NCBI RefSeq assembly: GCF_041956535.1
Contig: NW_027192192.1
Coordinates: forward strand, 1,459,125-1,523,124
DNA: 64,000 nucleotides
Direction of reading: 5' to 3'
Source of the DNA: Calcarisporiella thermophila CBS 279.70
Taxonomy: Eukaryota; Fungi; Calcarisporiellomycota
Below, in pieces: positions 63,642 through 64,000 of this stretch. Under the pieces are notes generated by a model that was not told the DNA's origin, ran no database searches, and worked only from the letters and a program-made list of their open reading frames with translations. The position numbers were made by a program, and so were the translations under genes. Position 1 is the stretch's first letter. Each line of letters starts with the position of its first letter.

Positions 63642-64000
63642 TCTCCGCATTAAGTCACTACATTCTTGTTAATCAGTTCTAATATGGTGAGGTCCAAATG
63701 TCTATGCAATATTCTCTCTTTTGTTCACACCCTCCTTTACTGTTGAAGCTATACAACTAATGAGCACCTTTTAGGGAATAAAGGCAAAAAATTTTTTTTC
63801 TGCTCTCTAGATGTTCAAAGAAAACATTTATTTACTTTGCGTAGAGGAAAAAATATATAGCATAAAATGAAATATATAATAAAAAAAAGGTCGCAAATCG
63901 CAATGTCATTTTCTCTTATCATAGTCAACATCGAGAAATAAAAACCTAAATAACAAGGATTATAATGAAAATTAGATCAGAATAAAAAAAAAAAAATAAG

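Overview
Eukaryotic, intron-rich DNA (GT-AG introns mostly 50-100 nt) from what is most likely an early-diverging (non-Dikarya) fungus. That inference rests on fungal genes (Atp14, Uds1-domain protein, cerevisin-type subtilisin) sitting beside genes lost in most Ascomycota (cobalamin-dependent MetH, a TOS-motif 4E-BP, minor-spliceosome ZMAT5, an LRRC58-like Cullin adaptor). About 25 genes are supported. The left end holds the 3' part of a bacterial-style NRPS (E-C-A-T) that ends in an FSH1/LovG-type hydrolase whose nucleophile motif reads GYCQG (Cys for Ser), followed by an MFS transporter. Other notable items are a secreted bacterial-like beta-helix protein, a nuclease-fold + kinase fusion gene in an AT-rich island, a multi-hairpin element in a long PRP39 intron, a +1 frameshift in a Uds1-domain gene, a GC-AG intron, a probable pseudo-esterase and a Tc1/mariner remnant. 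All gene models and family calls were made by eye; no searches were run.
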